The position numbers and the translations under genes are program-made. A stretch of 64,000 nt of DNA, from contig CAYZXR010000001.1 of the NCBI GenBank assembly GCA_964482475.1, positions 37,997-101,996 on the forward strand. The letters run 5' to 3'. The stretch is from an uncultured Planctomycetia bacterium (GTDB lineage: Bacteria; Omnitrophota; Gorgyraeia; Tantalellales; Tantalellaceae). A model generated the notes under the pieces. That model worked only from the letters and a program-made list of their open reading frames with translations, did not search any database and was not told the origin of the DNA. Positions 42,001-57,000 of the stretch are shown piece after piece (the first letter of the stretch is position 1; each line of letters begins with the position of its first letter).

Positions 42001-45000
42001 CTGGTATACACATTAAAATTGTCGCTAAAAGTGACCTTACCCGTCAAACTATCCCGTGAATAATTATATCCGTCAGCGTCATTTGACACCCTTAACGCAA
42101 GTTTACCTTCAACCGGAGTACTTGTAACATATTCCTCAACCAGATTAACACCGTTTTCTGTCTCAATAATGCTATATAGCTCTCCATTAATAACTACATT
42201 ATTAGCAACAGCATACTGTCCGCTTTCGTCCCTAAATAGCATATCTCCGGTATCCACGTCTTTTTCAACAGCGATAAATTCATTCTTCTCAATAACTGTT
42301 GTCGGCAGTACAAATTTGGAGAAAAATGTGATCTCATATTTATCCTGATCCGCCAGGTTAACAACCGTTACTTCAGGTGCGTTCGCGCTTAAGAAATCAT
42401 CATCTTCAATATTTTCCTGTATAGAAAATCCTCCCAGCTTCAGAGTTACTCCGGGAAGCTCAATATATTCCCCAAGTCCGCCTTCCGGTTTTTCCTCTAT
42501 CACAGACTGATACTTCATATTACCGCTAAACAGCGAATGTGTTTCACCGGTTTCAACTATAGTATATAGGCTGGCTTCACCAGTCTCCTGGTTTACCACC
42601 TCTATCGCGTTGCAATATATGCTCGGATAGTCCTCTACACCTATGGTTGCTTCAGGCAGATCAACAAAGAACTTCTTTGCTTCCATTGACATTGCCTTCG
42701 CCGGCTCCCAGAAGGTCTCTTCAATAACTACGGCTGAATCAATAACACGATTTGAATACGTTATGCCATTATGTGTGATTGTAAAGGATGGCTCGTATGT
42801 GTTATTGCTTTCGTTATGTATGGTCTCATAATCGATGTCATATGTAATGCCGCCAATCGTCAATTGCCTCTGTGCTTGAGCCCCAAGAGGATTATATAGA
42901 TCAACTTGAGTGCTTGTTTCAAAATACTTTTGCGTTAGCCGTACTCTTGGTTCGTTCAGGTCTTCGATATCCTCAACATCATAATAAGTTCCTGCTATGT
43001 TAATAACCTTTACTCCAAGGTTTGTTGTATAATTCAAATCCCCGTTATTAAATGTAATCGTTTCATCAGCGTTTCTAATCACACTATAAAGAACCTCATC
43101 CAGCTCAACTATTTCCTTATAATCGAGCGAGCTCACACTAGTATCTCCAATTAAAGTAACAGTATCTGTGTCTTCATCGTAAACAATGTAATAAATCTCA
43201 TCGTTTATCAATATTATCTCTGTATCTATGCTCTCTATGGGAATATTTACCCCATCATCAAGCATGTACTTATCATCCGTAACCGTTAACGAGTAAACTG
43301 TTCCATCAAGAACTACTAATTTTTCATACCTTGAAGCGATATCTGTATATTTTTCTATAAGTTTTATTCCTTCTTTCGCGTCCAACTCAACTATATATGT
43401 CTTCCCGTCATACAAAGTCACTTCTTTTGTGTCCAGATCTGATACATACGTTTTAGTGTTAAACTTAAACGAATAGGTTCCATCCGTGTTCACCTCAGCT
43501 ATGTATAGCTTATTATTCACTCTGTACATATTAACGCTTGTGGATTCCCTGTCAGAAGCAGTGAACTTAAACTCACCGGTAACAGCGTCTACACTTATGC
43601 TGTACTCCTTTCCCTTAATAAAGATAGTCTCTTGCTCCGGATCGATAGTCGTGATTATCAAGCCACTCTCATAATCAGTAAATACATATTTACCTTGATA
43701 GTTCTTGTCTATTACATAATATTCACCATTTAAGTTTATAACTTTAGCCGCTGTTACATCTTCCTTGTGGTTCTCAAGATAAACATAGCCTGTAATATCA
43801 TCCACATAGATATCGTACAAGGTTCCTCTGACTTGCTCCACATCCTCCGCACTCAAACCTTCGGTGAGATCCCCATATGATGTATGAAGCACTTCACCAA
43901 GTCTGACCGTATTCGTTGTGCTGTCGCTTACATATTCATGTGTCCCATCATTGAATGTATAAGTACCATCTCCATTATTGACAACCTGATAGTTAGCTCC
44001 GTATACCTCTATAACCTGGCCTTCAACAACTGAACTTGTCGCGGTCATTTCCCTCAACGTAACCATGCCGGTGAAAGGATCATCAACCACGTCATACATT
44101 ATGTAGTTGCCGAGAACAACCGTATTAGTTGTTTTATCTGAAACAAAACTCTTGCCCCAAAGACTTGAATAGAAAGCATACGATCCGTCACCATTATCTA
44201 CAACGCTGAGCACTGTAAACTCTTTCGATATAGGATCAACATATGCCGCCTCAAACGGTGTTAGACCATAGTTGTTGGTAGTAGCAACCTCAGAAACCCT
44301 GGTATCCCGCGTCATTAAACTTACAGCACCGGTTTCAGGATGTTTAGTTATCTGATATGTCAATTGCCCAAGTTCCACTGTACCTGTACGTGGGTCACTG
44401 TAAAAAACATTATCTTTCGCAAAGATCGCCTTCAGCATGGCTTTATACGCGTCAAACTCGGTACCATCGACTTCGCCGTTTTCATCGACACCAAGAGTAA
44501 TACCTGCTTCCGCTACCAGCATATTGTAATCATCGTCTGTCATGCCACCATTTTTGTTAAACATATAGCTTCCGTCGGAAAGAGCGATCGCGTCATACTC
44601 GTCCCCTAAAATACTCAACGATGTTACAAATCTGCCCAATTCATCGGCCCATATCTCAGCCGTCTGTATACTGCTCAAATACTGAGTACGGCCCTGGTAG
44701 CCGTCACCGTTTTCCAGAGCCAGCTTAATTTGAGTGAAAGGTGTGCTTTCGCTAACAATCGGTTCTCCATTGGAATTTTTCTCTGTTAAAACCAGTTCTC
44801 CGGTAACATTATCTGTACTGATCTGATAGGCTTTACCATCAAACAAAGTCACCTCATCAGCTTCTTTGTTACTAATATATTCGCGGCTTGTTGTATTGTC
44901 AGGATCATAAGTTATTTGAACTATCCCACTAGCATCCGTGAAGAACTTATGATTGATATCTACCGTGGTATTTTCTTTGAGAAATACGTTTCCTGAACTG

Positions 45001-48000
45001 ATAACCACTTTATATTCCGTTCCGTCCAGTATTACAGTTGAATCAGCCGCGTTGCTTTGTTTGGCTACAATCGCGTCATCAAACTCGTAAATACCATCTC
45101 CCAGATCTGTTACAGCATATTCTATGTTTGCCGTTGTTAAAGTCTTACCGAGATCATAAGAAGAGTTTATCTCAATCTCGATTCCCTCTGGCGCGGCAAT
45201 AAGAATAAGACCTCCGTTCTCCGGAGTTCCGACAGCTTCATAAACAACACCGTTACCCACAGTTACAATTTTTCTGTTTCCGTCTTCAACAAAATCATAA
45301 GTCGTTCCTGTCTCCTTGTCCGTTATTCTTGTGCCATCAAAAGCATATGTCCTGCCATCGACTTTAACTTCAAATAGTTTTGGTTGACTGCTAACAACTA
45401 TCCCATCCACTTGTGAAGTCAACGCGATCTTTGCCCCAGGAGCTTTTATGATGCTATACACATTGCCATCTACAACTATTTCTGTCCCGGAGGCATCGCT
45501 TGCATATTGATCACCACCTCTTGACAATACATATGTACCATCTGAATAGGCTTTATAAACATAGGTTTCACCGTTAATATCTATCTTCCCGCCAAGTGAT
45601 GTACGGCTAAAAGCTACCGGCTCCGCAACTTGAACTAATTTTATTTCCGTACCAGTCTTAATGATATCGTACCGGATACCACCAAGCTCTACAGTTTCAT
45701 TAGCGGAATCACTACGATAAAGACCGTCACCATCAACAAATTGATAGGCTCCGTGTCCTTGATCCAAAACGCTGTAAACGTTACCGCCGGCCTCAATGAG
45801 ATCCCCTCGAGAAGAAGTCCAGTCAGTGCTTTCCAACCCACAAATGATACCCCTATCCCCGGCTTGGGCTATATCTTTTTGCAGTACAAAGTATCCTACT
45901 CCTTTTGATACATCTCCATATACACGATACGCACTACTACCTTGTGGGGTCACCGTATCGGTAACCTCTCGCTTATAGTAGTCACTGTACATCAAGTATA
46001 CTTTACCATTCTCTTCAATAATATCATGCGTTCTACCATCAATTACTATTTGTTTTGAACCTTTGTTCGCGATATCGCCTGTAACCACATTAACATCAGC
46101 GTGGTCTAGAAGCGCGACAACGCTCACATTATCGTTCGCATCCAGCATTGTGACGAATTTATACGTTACACCTTCAACGTCAAATATCGTCGTTCCACTG
46201 GCAGCTATCTCGCCTAACTCCGTAGCCCCGTCCATTAAACCGAAAGACCCATCTTCTTTTTCGATAGAATAGTAATTCTTCTCGCCTACCCCCACAACGC
46301 TAATACCCTTGCTATAGTTTTCTACTTCCTCAACCGTCAAATAAACCATCTCACCATCATTTAACTCATATAAATTATTTTCTATCCTCAAAGCCACATA
46401 AATAGTTCCATCAATATTCAGCAACGTGCCATCTGCATGTACACTTGATGACAAAGATTCGTCCCTTCTGGTTTCCTTTAGTGTAATATCATCCGGAGAA
46501 CCGCCGACTATGGCATATCTAACACCATTAAGAGTGACAGTATTGGTCTCATCATTACTTAATGCTGCCTCGGCCCCGTCCTGTGGTGTGAATGTGTATG
46601 CGTATGTACCGTCTGTTTCCCGACCAATAACGTAGTTATTACCATCAACAGTAGCAACCTGGTTAGAAAGCGCGACAATGTCCCCTGTTGTATCTTTCAA
46701 TTCAACTTTACCGGTTTGCCAATCTCTGATTACATCAAAGGTTCCCTCCGGCAAAACAACTAGGGAAGCATTCCCTTCTGTCATATATTCGTCACTACCA
46801 CTAGTAAATTTGTATTCCTTTGATACCTTGTCATATGCAATATAATAGTCCGCACCTCCGACTTCCATTAATTGACTATCAGCTGATAAAATATCCACTG
46901 CCACGCTCTTCTCTATTAAAGATATTTCTGAAGGTAATGACCCGTCTGTTACGTCTACTACATAATCCTTACTCCCGATAGAGACAATACTCGTATAATC
47001 GTTGAAATCTCCCGTAGGCTCAAATATCTCTCCCTGCAGATTATCGAATTGTATGTTATTATATACACTTCCGGAATCGTAATATACGCTGCCTCCTCCG
47101 ATTACACCATAATAATCGCCCTCTATGGACATAGCTACTTCCGCACCCTCTAATGCCTTCGCGTCACTCGTGCCGCTTGGTTTAAAAGTAAAACCATCTT
47201 GAGGCGTACCTGAGACTTCATAATCAACACCGTTTATGGTAATTATCTTGTCGGATTCCTCACGCATGCTGCAAGAATCTATTGTTCCCCATCCGGAATC
47301 ACGTAAATAAAATGTCTTATCACCATTTACTCCATTGTAATTATACGAATAATAGTACTGAACCCCTTCCAACGTAAACGCGCCCTCCGTATTGTCATAG
47401 TAATACGATATTGTCGGATCAGTACTTGCCTGTGTCGTACCAATCAGCTTCACCCCTTCTCCAGAAACGAACATTACCTGATAAACCTCATCATTGATAG
47501 TTACTTCACCGGGAATCTGGACAGATCCTACGTTAAAAATATAGCATTCGTCGTCGGAATACATATCCCATCCATAGCGAGTCCCATCCAGATAAAAGCT
47601 ACCGTTGCCCCACAAATCTCGCCACTGAATTTCGAGATTCTCTACCGGTATCGCGCTACCGGCTCCAAGGGCAGTCAGGACCTCATCCAACGTTGTTCCT
47701 ATGCAAGAATACTCAACACCGTCTATTAATGCGTTATCTCCGAAATTAACTCTTGCTACTTCTGACGTGCCATTATCAAACACTATCATCCCCTCTTCCA
47801 CATATATCGCGTAATAATCATCTACTGCCTCACCCGCAAATCTGAGGACGCGCTTATCCACCGGTTCAATAACAGTTCCTGTCGCCGCGACTAATTGCAC
47901 ATCTCCCGTCATAAGCTGGAAGACTTTATAAACAACCCCATTTAATGTTACTGAATCAGTTTCAGTAACATTAATTGTCGCGAAAGTATTAGACGTTTCT

Positions 48001-51000
48001 ATTTCATAGAAAGTATAAATATCTCCTTCCTTTATCACACCATATGCTTCAATAAGCCCGTCATTTGCTATCGCTATCACTTGATCATAAACAACTTCGA
48101 CAGGGATCTGTTTACTAACTATTATGTTGTCCAATCCCGACCCATCAATATCATAGGTCATGCCCTGGATAATAACTGACGTTCCGTCCTCACTGCTGGC
48201 AAATGTATCCACTCCATCATTAAACCTGTATTGCTGACCATCAAAAGTAATTGAGTAAACTTTGCCTCCAAGAATCACTGTTTTTCTGCTACTAGATTCA
48301 ATGGCTTCTTCACCACGGCTTAAACTATAGGTACCGTCCTCGGATCTAGCCAGTTCGTATACGACGTCACCGATTGAGATCTCATTTTCATTAGCAGTTA
48401 TTATTTCGCTTGTGCCATCATTAAAGCTGAAAGACCCGTCATTATTATAGGTGTACGTATAATCATAATTTTTGTGATCTACCCCTACTACTCCTTCAGT
48501 CTGCACTCCACCTTCTATCGGCACTATAACGTAATCACCATCATTATTTTCCTTATACCGGTAACCGTCAGGCATAATAACAAATCCTTCAGTATCGATT
48601 AATCCGTTGAAATCATATGTAGCGCTTGTCTGTGTATCTGCCTGCACAACCTGGCCGTTTTCATCTATTGAACATGGAATAAATTTATATCCATATTCAT
48701 AGAACTCATAGCCATTCTCGCTATATGTCATTTTTGTATAATGAACTCTGTAATAGGTACCATTCACTTCTATCATCTGAACGGAACTACTGTTGTCACT
48801 CCTTTCCACAAGTGTAATCGCACCGGTTTCCTCATCTTCCTCGATATCGTACCTTACCCCATCCACCTCAATATAATTAACCGCGTCGCCTGAGGCATTC
48901 TCCTGTATAGCTGCCTGCCCCATAGCGTCTAAAATAATCTGCCTGTCCACGTCATCTAATAAGCCGTCATCATTAATATCTCCGGCAATTTTTTCTCTCA
49001 AGGTTACGTCACCTGTAGCAGGAGTATAAGATATCTTGTACTCCACGCCGTCAATAACCACATTATCATACCCATTTATACTGGAATAATAATTTTCTCC
49101 ATCGGTAAAAATAAACCCATCCTGCGAAGTGTTATTTATTGTATAGTTTTTACCATTGAGCCTTATTGCTTTTGTCGCAAGCGAGATTGAAATGCTTACC
49201 TTGGAATCCAAATATCTTTCCTTAAGAGCGATCTTACCTATAGCCAGATCCGTTATCACATCATAAACATCCCCTTCGATAACCACGACATCCAGACCTT
49301 TCTGGCTTATATAGCTCTCCTCACCATCATCAAAGACATATGTCCCATCTTCTTGTTTAGATATGATATATTGTTTGCCGCTGAGCGAAATTATCTCATC
49401 CTGAACAACAATACTTGAAACATAAAGTTTTCTTAAGGAAATATCACCCGTGATCTCGTCAATTTGTATCTTAAATGTTGTACTGCCGACTTTTACAACT
49501 GTTTCCCCTTCGGCATCCAGTCTACTATCATTTCCAAAACCGTCGTAGTAAACCGTATATGTGCCATTCTGGTTGTCTCTGATGCCGTATGTCTTACCCT
49601 CAACATCAACAACTTCATCAAAAATGCTTTCACTGATCTCAGGATTCTTATCTAATGCCACCCTCCAGAAATTGATCAGATCCATAGTCTGTTTTACAGA
49701 ATCAAGGTCACCCTCGCTGACTTTTCCGTCTTTATTAATATCCCGCGCTATCTCTAACGCACCTGCCAGTAGCTGTGAATCAGTATAACTAACCTGCCCG
49801 TCACCGTTAATGTCCGCATTTGCAAGTTCTTCTTCATCAACCTTTATCTCATTTGATCTGATTATCTCAGAGATCCTATCCAGATCTCCCTGGTAAACAT
49901 AGCCGTCTCCATCAACATCAACATTATAATCCCGCACTTCATTGAACAGATCTAAATCGCCAGGATCAACTACTCCATCCTTATTAAGATCTTTCGCTGC
50001 TATGTCTTCCAATACCTCTTGAGTACCAGTATTCATTACAGAATTTATATAGGCTAACAACGTATTTACATTTGGAATTTCTTCCTGTCCATCGTTATTA
50101 AGATCCAGATTCAGTTTATAGATATTATCCAAAGTCGCTTTATATTGTTCGATATCGAGATTGTCAACATCTCCGTCACCATTAATATCCGCATTTGCAA
50201 GTTCTTCTCCTGTAATGCCGTATGCCAAATATTCTTTCACCACCTGCCAACGAGCCAGATCATCTTCATCAATTCTTGTGTCGTTATTGATATCAACGTT
50301 ATTATCCACCATGTCTTTCAGATTCTCCAGATCATAGGTATTAATAATCCCGTCATCATTAACATCAGCGTTATTCAAGTCAGAAATATTCAATGAGCTG
50401 TACTGCAACATAGTGTTAATTGATTCATTCATCATATCAGCTTCTGCCTGGATTATTTCACCATCGCCATCCAAATCAAAACTGCTAAAATCAAAAACAT
50501 CCATGATGTCGACTAAACCCTGCTGATCAATGTTTTCGTCAAGCCCGGCACTTGAAATATCCATTTCTTTTTCAGTCTCGACCCCCAGTGAATCAACCAA
50601 CCCTTTTAAAACCGCAATATCATTATCATCCGCTATCCTATTCTTATTTAGATCAAGCTGTTTCGTGATTTCCTGAGCCAAAAATTCGATATCAAACTCT
50701 TGTGTTTCCTGAGACGCACCAACAAATTCATCGATTATGCCCTGAATAGTTTGAACATCTCCTTCATCAAAATTCAATCTCTCGACCAAGCTTATCTCAT
50801 CTGTGTCAATATCCCTGTTGACGGTATACGCGCATTCGTCCACGATAACACTCTTAGTTAAAACATCGCTTGTAAATTCTTCATCTGTAGATACATCTGT
50901 AAATGAATAGGTTCCATCTTCGTTTTCGGAAATGATCAGCTCCCGACCCTCTAAGGATATACTATTAGAGGAAACCGAGGAGCTCTCTTTCTTTTCTTTA

Positions 51001-54000
51001 TTCTTGTATATGAGCCTGAGATCTTCTAATTCATCTATCACGTCTTTGATCTCTCTCGCTTCCAACGCGTTTGCTTTAACATCTTCCGTCATATAAACAT
51101 CTTCTATGTCAATAGTTCCATCACCGTTGACGTCTCTTGCGGTTTCCGTAACAAATTGCAGTTTCTCTATATCTGTATAAGTAACATCACCATCATTGTC
51201 AATATCCACATTAAGCCTTTGACTCAATGACGCTTCTTCCCCAATTTCTTTTTCATAAATAGCCTGTTTAACAATGTGAACATCATCGCTGCTTACCTTG
51301 CCATCATTGTCAATATCACTACTGATTATCGAATCTTTATTGAAGATCCCTTCAAATTCCAAAATATCGTTTGTATAATCTTTCTCACCTTCTTTCGGTC
51401 TCCTTACAACCCTAGAACCAACGCCATCGCTACCACCTTCCATTTCTCCGGTAAATTCCCCATCCTCATCCATATCAGCTCTATAAAAATCTTCCAGCGT
51501 TAGAGGAATATCTAACGCTTTATACTTTTCAATTTTATAAGCATCACTTTTTCTCACCAGCTGATCCTGACTGAGAGAGGCAAGCTTTTCTCTTGCTTCT
51601 TTCACTTCAAGTTCATCGGCAGCATCAATAATAAAATCGTTATTTACGTCCCGTCTCTGGTAATCGTAAGGATTTAGGACATATCCCATTCCGTCAACAC
51701 CTGTTAATTCTATCTGCCTCTTGGTTTCTCTGAGAAGTTCAACATCAATGAAGTCGAACTTTCCGTCATTAGTTAAGTCATAATAATTGTTATTATTTGT
51801 TTCCAATGCCAGCATAAACTGTTCATAATCTGTCCTGGATATCTCGCCATCCCCGTCCCTGTCCGCTATTGCGCTATCGATCGTACCGTTACCATCAACA
51901 TCTACCAGCTCTAATCTCCAATCAGTCACTTCCTTATTCACAAAAATAGTCTCTACATTTACCTTATTATCATCATTCTCATCCAGACCCTTCAATACCG
52001 TCATATAATTACTTATCTTTATTAAATCTTCCAAAATCTTTCTATCATTATCTGTTCCAGATGAATAATCGATTACTCCGTCATCTCTAAGGCCATCCAG
52101 ATTAATACGCCCCTCGATAACATTATTAATCTCGGTTATGTCCTCTGTACCCACAACATCATCACCATCAAAATCATAAGTTTTATATTCACTAATTTGC
52201 AGAATCTCACCGTCTTCAATAGCCCCTAACGCATCCATTAACATCTTTTCATCTCTTAAATCTACAACACCGTCTTGGTTTAAATCCAACTCTGTTGTTG
52301 CGGATACCAATTCCTGCATTTTTAAAATATCTTCGTTATTAATTAAGTTATCCTCATTCACATCCGCTTTGCTCATTAGAAGTCGTGTTAATTCAAGATC
52401 GGCACCACTCATAACATCTTCAATTCTCGCGACATCAAGCGCGTTTACAAAACCATCTCCATCAACATCCGGAACTGTTCGTTTTATTTCCTCAAAAGCA
52501 AATGGCGCTTTTGCCAACCACTTTTCCGCAAGCGCGATCTGGTTCTTGACCGCGTCATATTCTTGATCAATACTGTTCAAATCCTTCAATGTCACGAACC
52601 CATCTCCATCGATGTCAGCCCTATTCAGCTCGGCCCCACCAACGATCTTGCCTGAAATAAAGTTCGAAATAACAGTTTCAACCTGAGTTATCTCATCAGC
52701 ACTTATCCACCCGCTCCCATCCAGATCCAACCCTTCAGGGGCCTCTAACGCGTTTTCCAGTAAATCTTTATCAGCATATGTTACATACCCGTCTCCATCA
52801 AGATCAGACAGATCCATCATGCTTTCTGTAACAGTAAGAGCATCCTTATAGATTATATTCTCGATTGTCTGAATGTCAGAATTGTTAACAGATCCGTCAC
52901 CATTAACATCAATTACACGAGCAAGCGCGGTTGCAATATATTCCCGGTCATTGTCTGTAACATATCCGTCACCATCAACATCCATTCTATTGATTTCTTC
53001 GACTGTTAGATACTTACCCGCGGCAACTAGGTTTTTTATTCTGAAAATTTCTTCTCTGTCCTGACCATCGATAACAGTGTCTCCGTTTATATCGTATTTT
53101 GAGCGATCGATCAAAGCCAAAGCCGAGATGTCGTCCAAAATTTCATCAACCCAGTAACTCATATTTTCATAATCAGCATCATCCACTACGCCATCTGAAT
53201 TCAAATCCGCCTTTTCCACTTCTTCCGGTAAGGCCGTTTCTCGAAGACCAAGAGAGGTTATGACATCTTCTAGTGACGCTACATCCGCGCTATTTCGTTT
53301 GCCATCACCATTCACATCACTTTGAGCGTATCTTTGCAATGCTGTTCTCAAGACATCAACATCGGCTTCTGAGACATTTCCGTCTCCATTAATATCAGCT
53401 CGTCCGATTGTTCTGCTAGAAAATGAAAAGCCCATATAATCCATTACATCATTTAATCGAGCCAGATCCTTTTCATCAAAAGTCCCATCTCCATTAATAT
53501 CTGTCTGCCCTACCAAAAGTCCCCTTGTGTAAGTAACGTCCCTATTGTCCACAACCCCATCCCCATTTACATCCGCATAATCAAACTTGTGGGATTCGGT
53601 CGACATGCGAATGAGCTCTGAAATAACTTCAAGATCGGATGTATCAATATTTCCACTATTATTGATATCAAAAACATTCAAATCATCCACATCGACGCTA
53701 CCGTCTTTATTAATATCCGAAATCATCAATGTCTCTATGAATGTTTTATCCACTACATTGGCGTTGCCGTCGCCATTCGCATCAGATCTTGATAGTTCAA
53801 TAATTTGTTTAACAATAGAATAGTCCCATGCGTCAATCTCACCATTTTTATCGACATCAACATTGAGTGATTTAGCGACATATTGCTCTTCCAGTGACGC
53901 AATTGACTCTACCGCACTCAAGTTCGTTATAAACTCAACTGTCTCACGAGAGGTATATTGATCTTGACCGACCTGTATACCTATATCTATACCCGAAGCG

Positions 54001-57000
54001 ACTACCTCAACCGCTCCCAGTAAACGATCATTATCCACATATATTTGAGCGAATGCCAGATCGGCATCATCAATTATCCCGTTACCGTTTATATCAGATT
54101 TCTCAATTTCATTCACACTTATCGTATGCATCGCATCAACAATATCGCGTATATATGCCATATCAGCAAAGTCTGCCTCCGTGTCACCATCAAGATCTTT
54201 GTAATATTCCAGACTTTTACTTAACGCGGTGAAATCCCTGTAATCAATAAAACCATCCGCGTTTATATCCGCTGATTCAATTAATTCTTTTGACGCTATA
54301 ATATCCTGCAAACGCGCAAGATCTTTCGCGTCAACGACCGAGTCCCTTGTAAGATCATAATAAATGGAATATTCTCCATCACCAGCGGCTTCTGTACCCT
54401 CGAGCCATAATTCAACATCCATATCAGTGATTTGCCCATCTTTGTCCATATCAGCAGTACTAACCAGACTTTCAGCCGTTATAATGTTTTCGATCATCCT
54501 GCCATCACTGATTGACAAAACTCCGTCACCATCAACATCAAATCTATCAAGTGGCGGACTTGTAATATAGATTTCATCTACATCTATTCCTGAGATATTG
54601 AACCCTCTATCAAGTTCGAATTCGACTTCATGTGTTCCGGGGTCTATCCCCTCAAGCTCTATGGAAATAGCTTTCCTGGCCATAATTCCTTGCGTATTTG
54701 GAACTATTATTGTGCCATACTCCTCTCCATCCACCTTCACGGTAAACAGCGCGACTTCTTTCTCCCCGTTCATAACTTCAAGACCAATAATATATTTTCC
54801 ATCCTTTTCCATGTTCACAACTTTTGTCATTGAATAACTGGCCCCATCCATCTCATAACGGTCCGTAGTCGGACTATAAGAATTCCACTCATCGCTATCT
54901 TGCCAATCTATAACACCATCTGAATTAATATCGGATTTCTGCAAACTATCATAGGACAAATAGTATTGAGGTAAATCTATCTTAACAAACTTCTTATCCG
55001 CGATTGTTGCATTCATGATCTCTTCAATAATTTGCACGTCATCTTCATCGATGAGGCCATTACCGTCTATATCTACATGGTTCTTAATGGCCTCTCCAAG
55101 TAAGAATTCATCCGCATAATTCACAATGCCATCACTATTAAGATCAGCTGCCATCAATCCCGCTTTAGTAATCCCAAGGTTATTTACAGCGTTTGTTACA
55201 AACCTTTCGATCTCATCAAACGCTTCGACATCTGCATAAGTAACGCTATTGTCCTGGTCAAAATCTGTGGTGCCGTAAAATGCTCCTTCAAGAACCGCTA
55301 TTTCATTCGGGTCCATAACTCTATCCCGATCATAATCTAACATCCCGAAAATTCTATCTTTTATAGACGAGGTCAGGATTGCGTTTTCCAGAAACTCACG
55401 ATCTTTTTCATCGCTTGTCCCGTCTCCATTAAGATCTAAAGCTACAACACCATCCGACTGTATTCTGAAAAACTCTTCCATATCACCGGCATCTACATGA
55501 CCTGTATTATCCACATCAGCTTCATTCATGACGCTATTCCGGGTCATAACAGCAAGTATCAGATCTAGATCCAGTGCGCTAACAATACCATCTTTGTTGA
55601 TATCTTTCTCAAATCCCGGATCGCTGAATGCTTCGATATCGTCTTCATCAACTTTGCCATCACCATCGAGGTCACTTCTAGCCTCATATATTAGTTGTTC
55701 TACCAGAGTTTTCATACTATCCGCGCTAACGTATTGACCTGAAAGATTGAAATACTTGTCTGACAATACCAGGTTGTCCTCATCAAGCTCCACATTATAC
55801 ACATAATTGCCTATCCGCAGATCCCCATATGCCGTGCTTGCAACTGAACCCTCTGATGAAGTCAGAGTAAATGTTCCATCGCTGTTATCCACTATTCCGT
55901 AATCAACACCCTGAATCCTTATGGTTGTCATTCCAGCAGAGGCAACAAACCTATATTCTCTGGTAAACGTCGTTTGTCCTGATACTTCGTCATAAACCAC
56001 TTTAAATACTTTGCTGTCTATCTTCACTTCACCATCTTGTATCGCATAAGTTCTGTCACCGGCAGAAATACTCATGCCGTTTGATGCTATAGTAAAGTTT
56101 TCGCCGTTCAACGTCACTAAACTGCCAACGGAAATTATTTCAACTCTGTCTGCCGCGCCCAAATCCAGATCATAGTAATTCTCCATATTGCTTACCAATG
56201 CCAACCTATCAGCGGCGTCAATTATCCCGTCTCCTGTAAGATCCGCGTTTTTCAGCATTTCCACATCAACTACTTCCGCGGCATATATGGCTCGATACAC
56301 TTCATAAGCTTCCTGGGCTTTATCTGATATCTCCCTTAATTCTTTTAAAGCCTGGACTATTTCAACGTCTTTTACGTTTAAGTCATGTTCATCAAGCCTT
56401 CCGTCGCCATCAAGATCATACAAGTTGAACAGTTCTAATGAATCTTCCATAGCCTGCACATCGGCGCCATCAACCACACTGTCGTTGTTGGAATTTACAA
56501 CGTAGTATTGTCCAAAAAGCGCTATGAGCTGACCATCAGCAACCTGACTTTCTATCTGCCTTGTTAGTTCTATTTCACGTCCGGTGAGAATTATCGAATA
56601 AATGTCTTCACCTATCTGAATCGCACCTTGTTCACTTGAATAGCTATCCGTGAAGGTTGACAAAACAAATTCGTCACCATTAACATCCACCGTGAAGTCC
56701 TCACCGTTAATAGTCAACACTCCGTTACGAGAAATAAGAGTTAAAGAAGATGGATCCTCAACTATCTCTTTTAAGAAAACAATATTACTTACATTATCAA
56801 CACTTATCTCATAAACTCTTCCACCCAACTCGATTGTTTCTCTTGAAGAATCTGTTTGGTATCTATCAAATCCATCAGCAAAAATATAAACACCTTTGAT
56901 ATTGTCATAAGTAACAGTGTATACTTTACCGCCTACGGTAATTGCCGGTTCTTTGCGCCTGCTAGTAAATGATTTTTCAATTATCAAGTCACCCGAAGGT

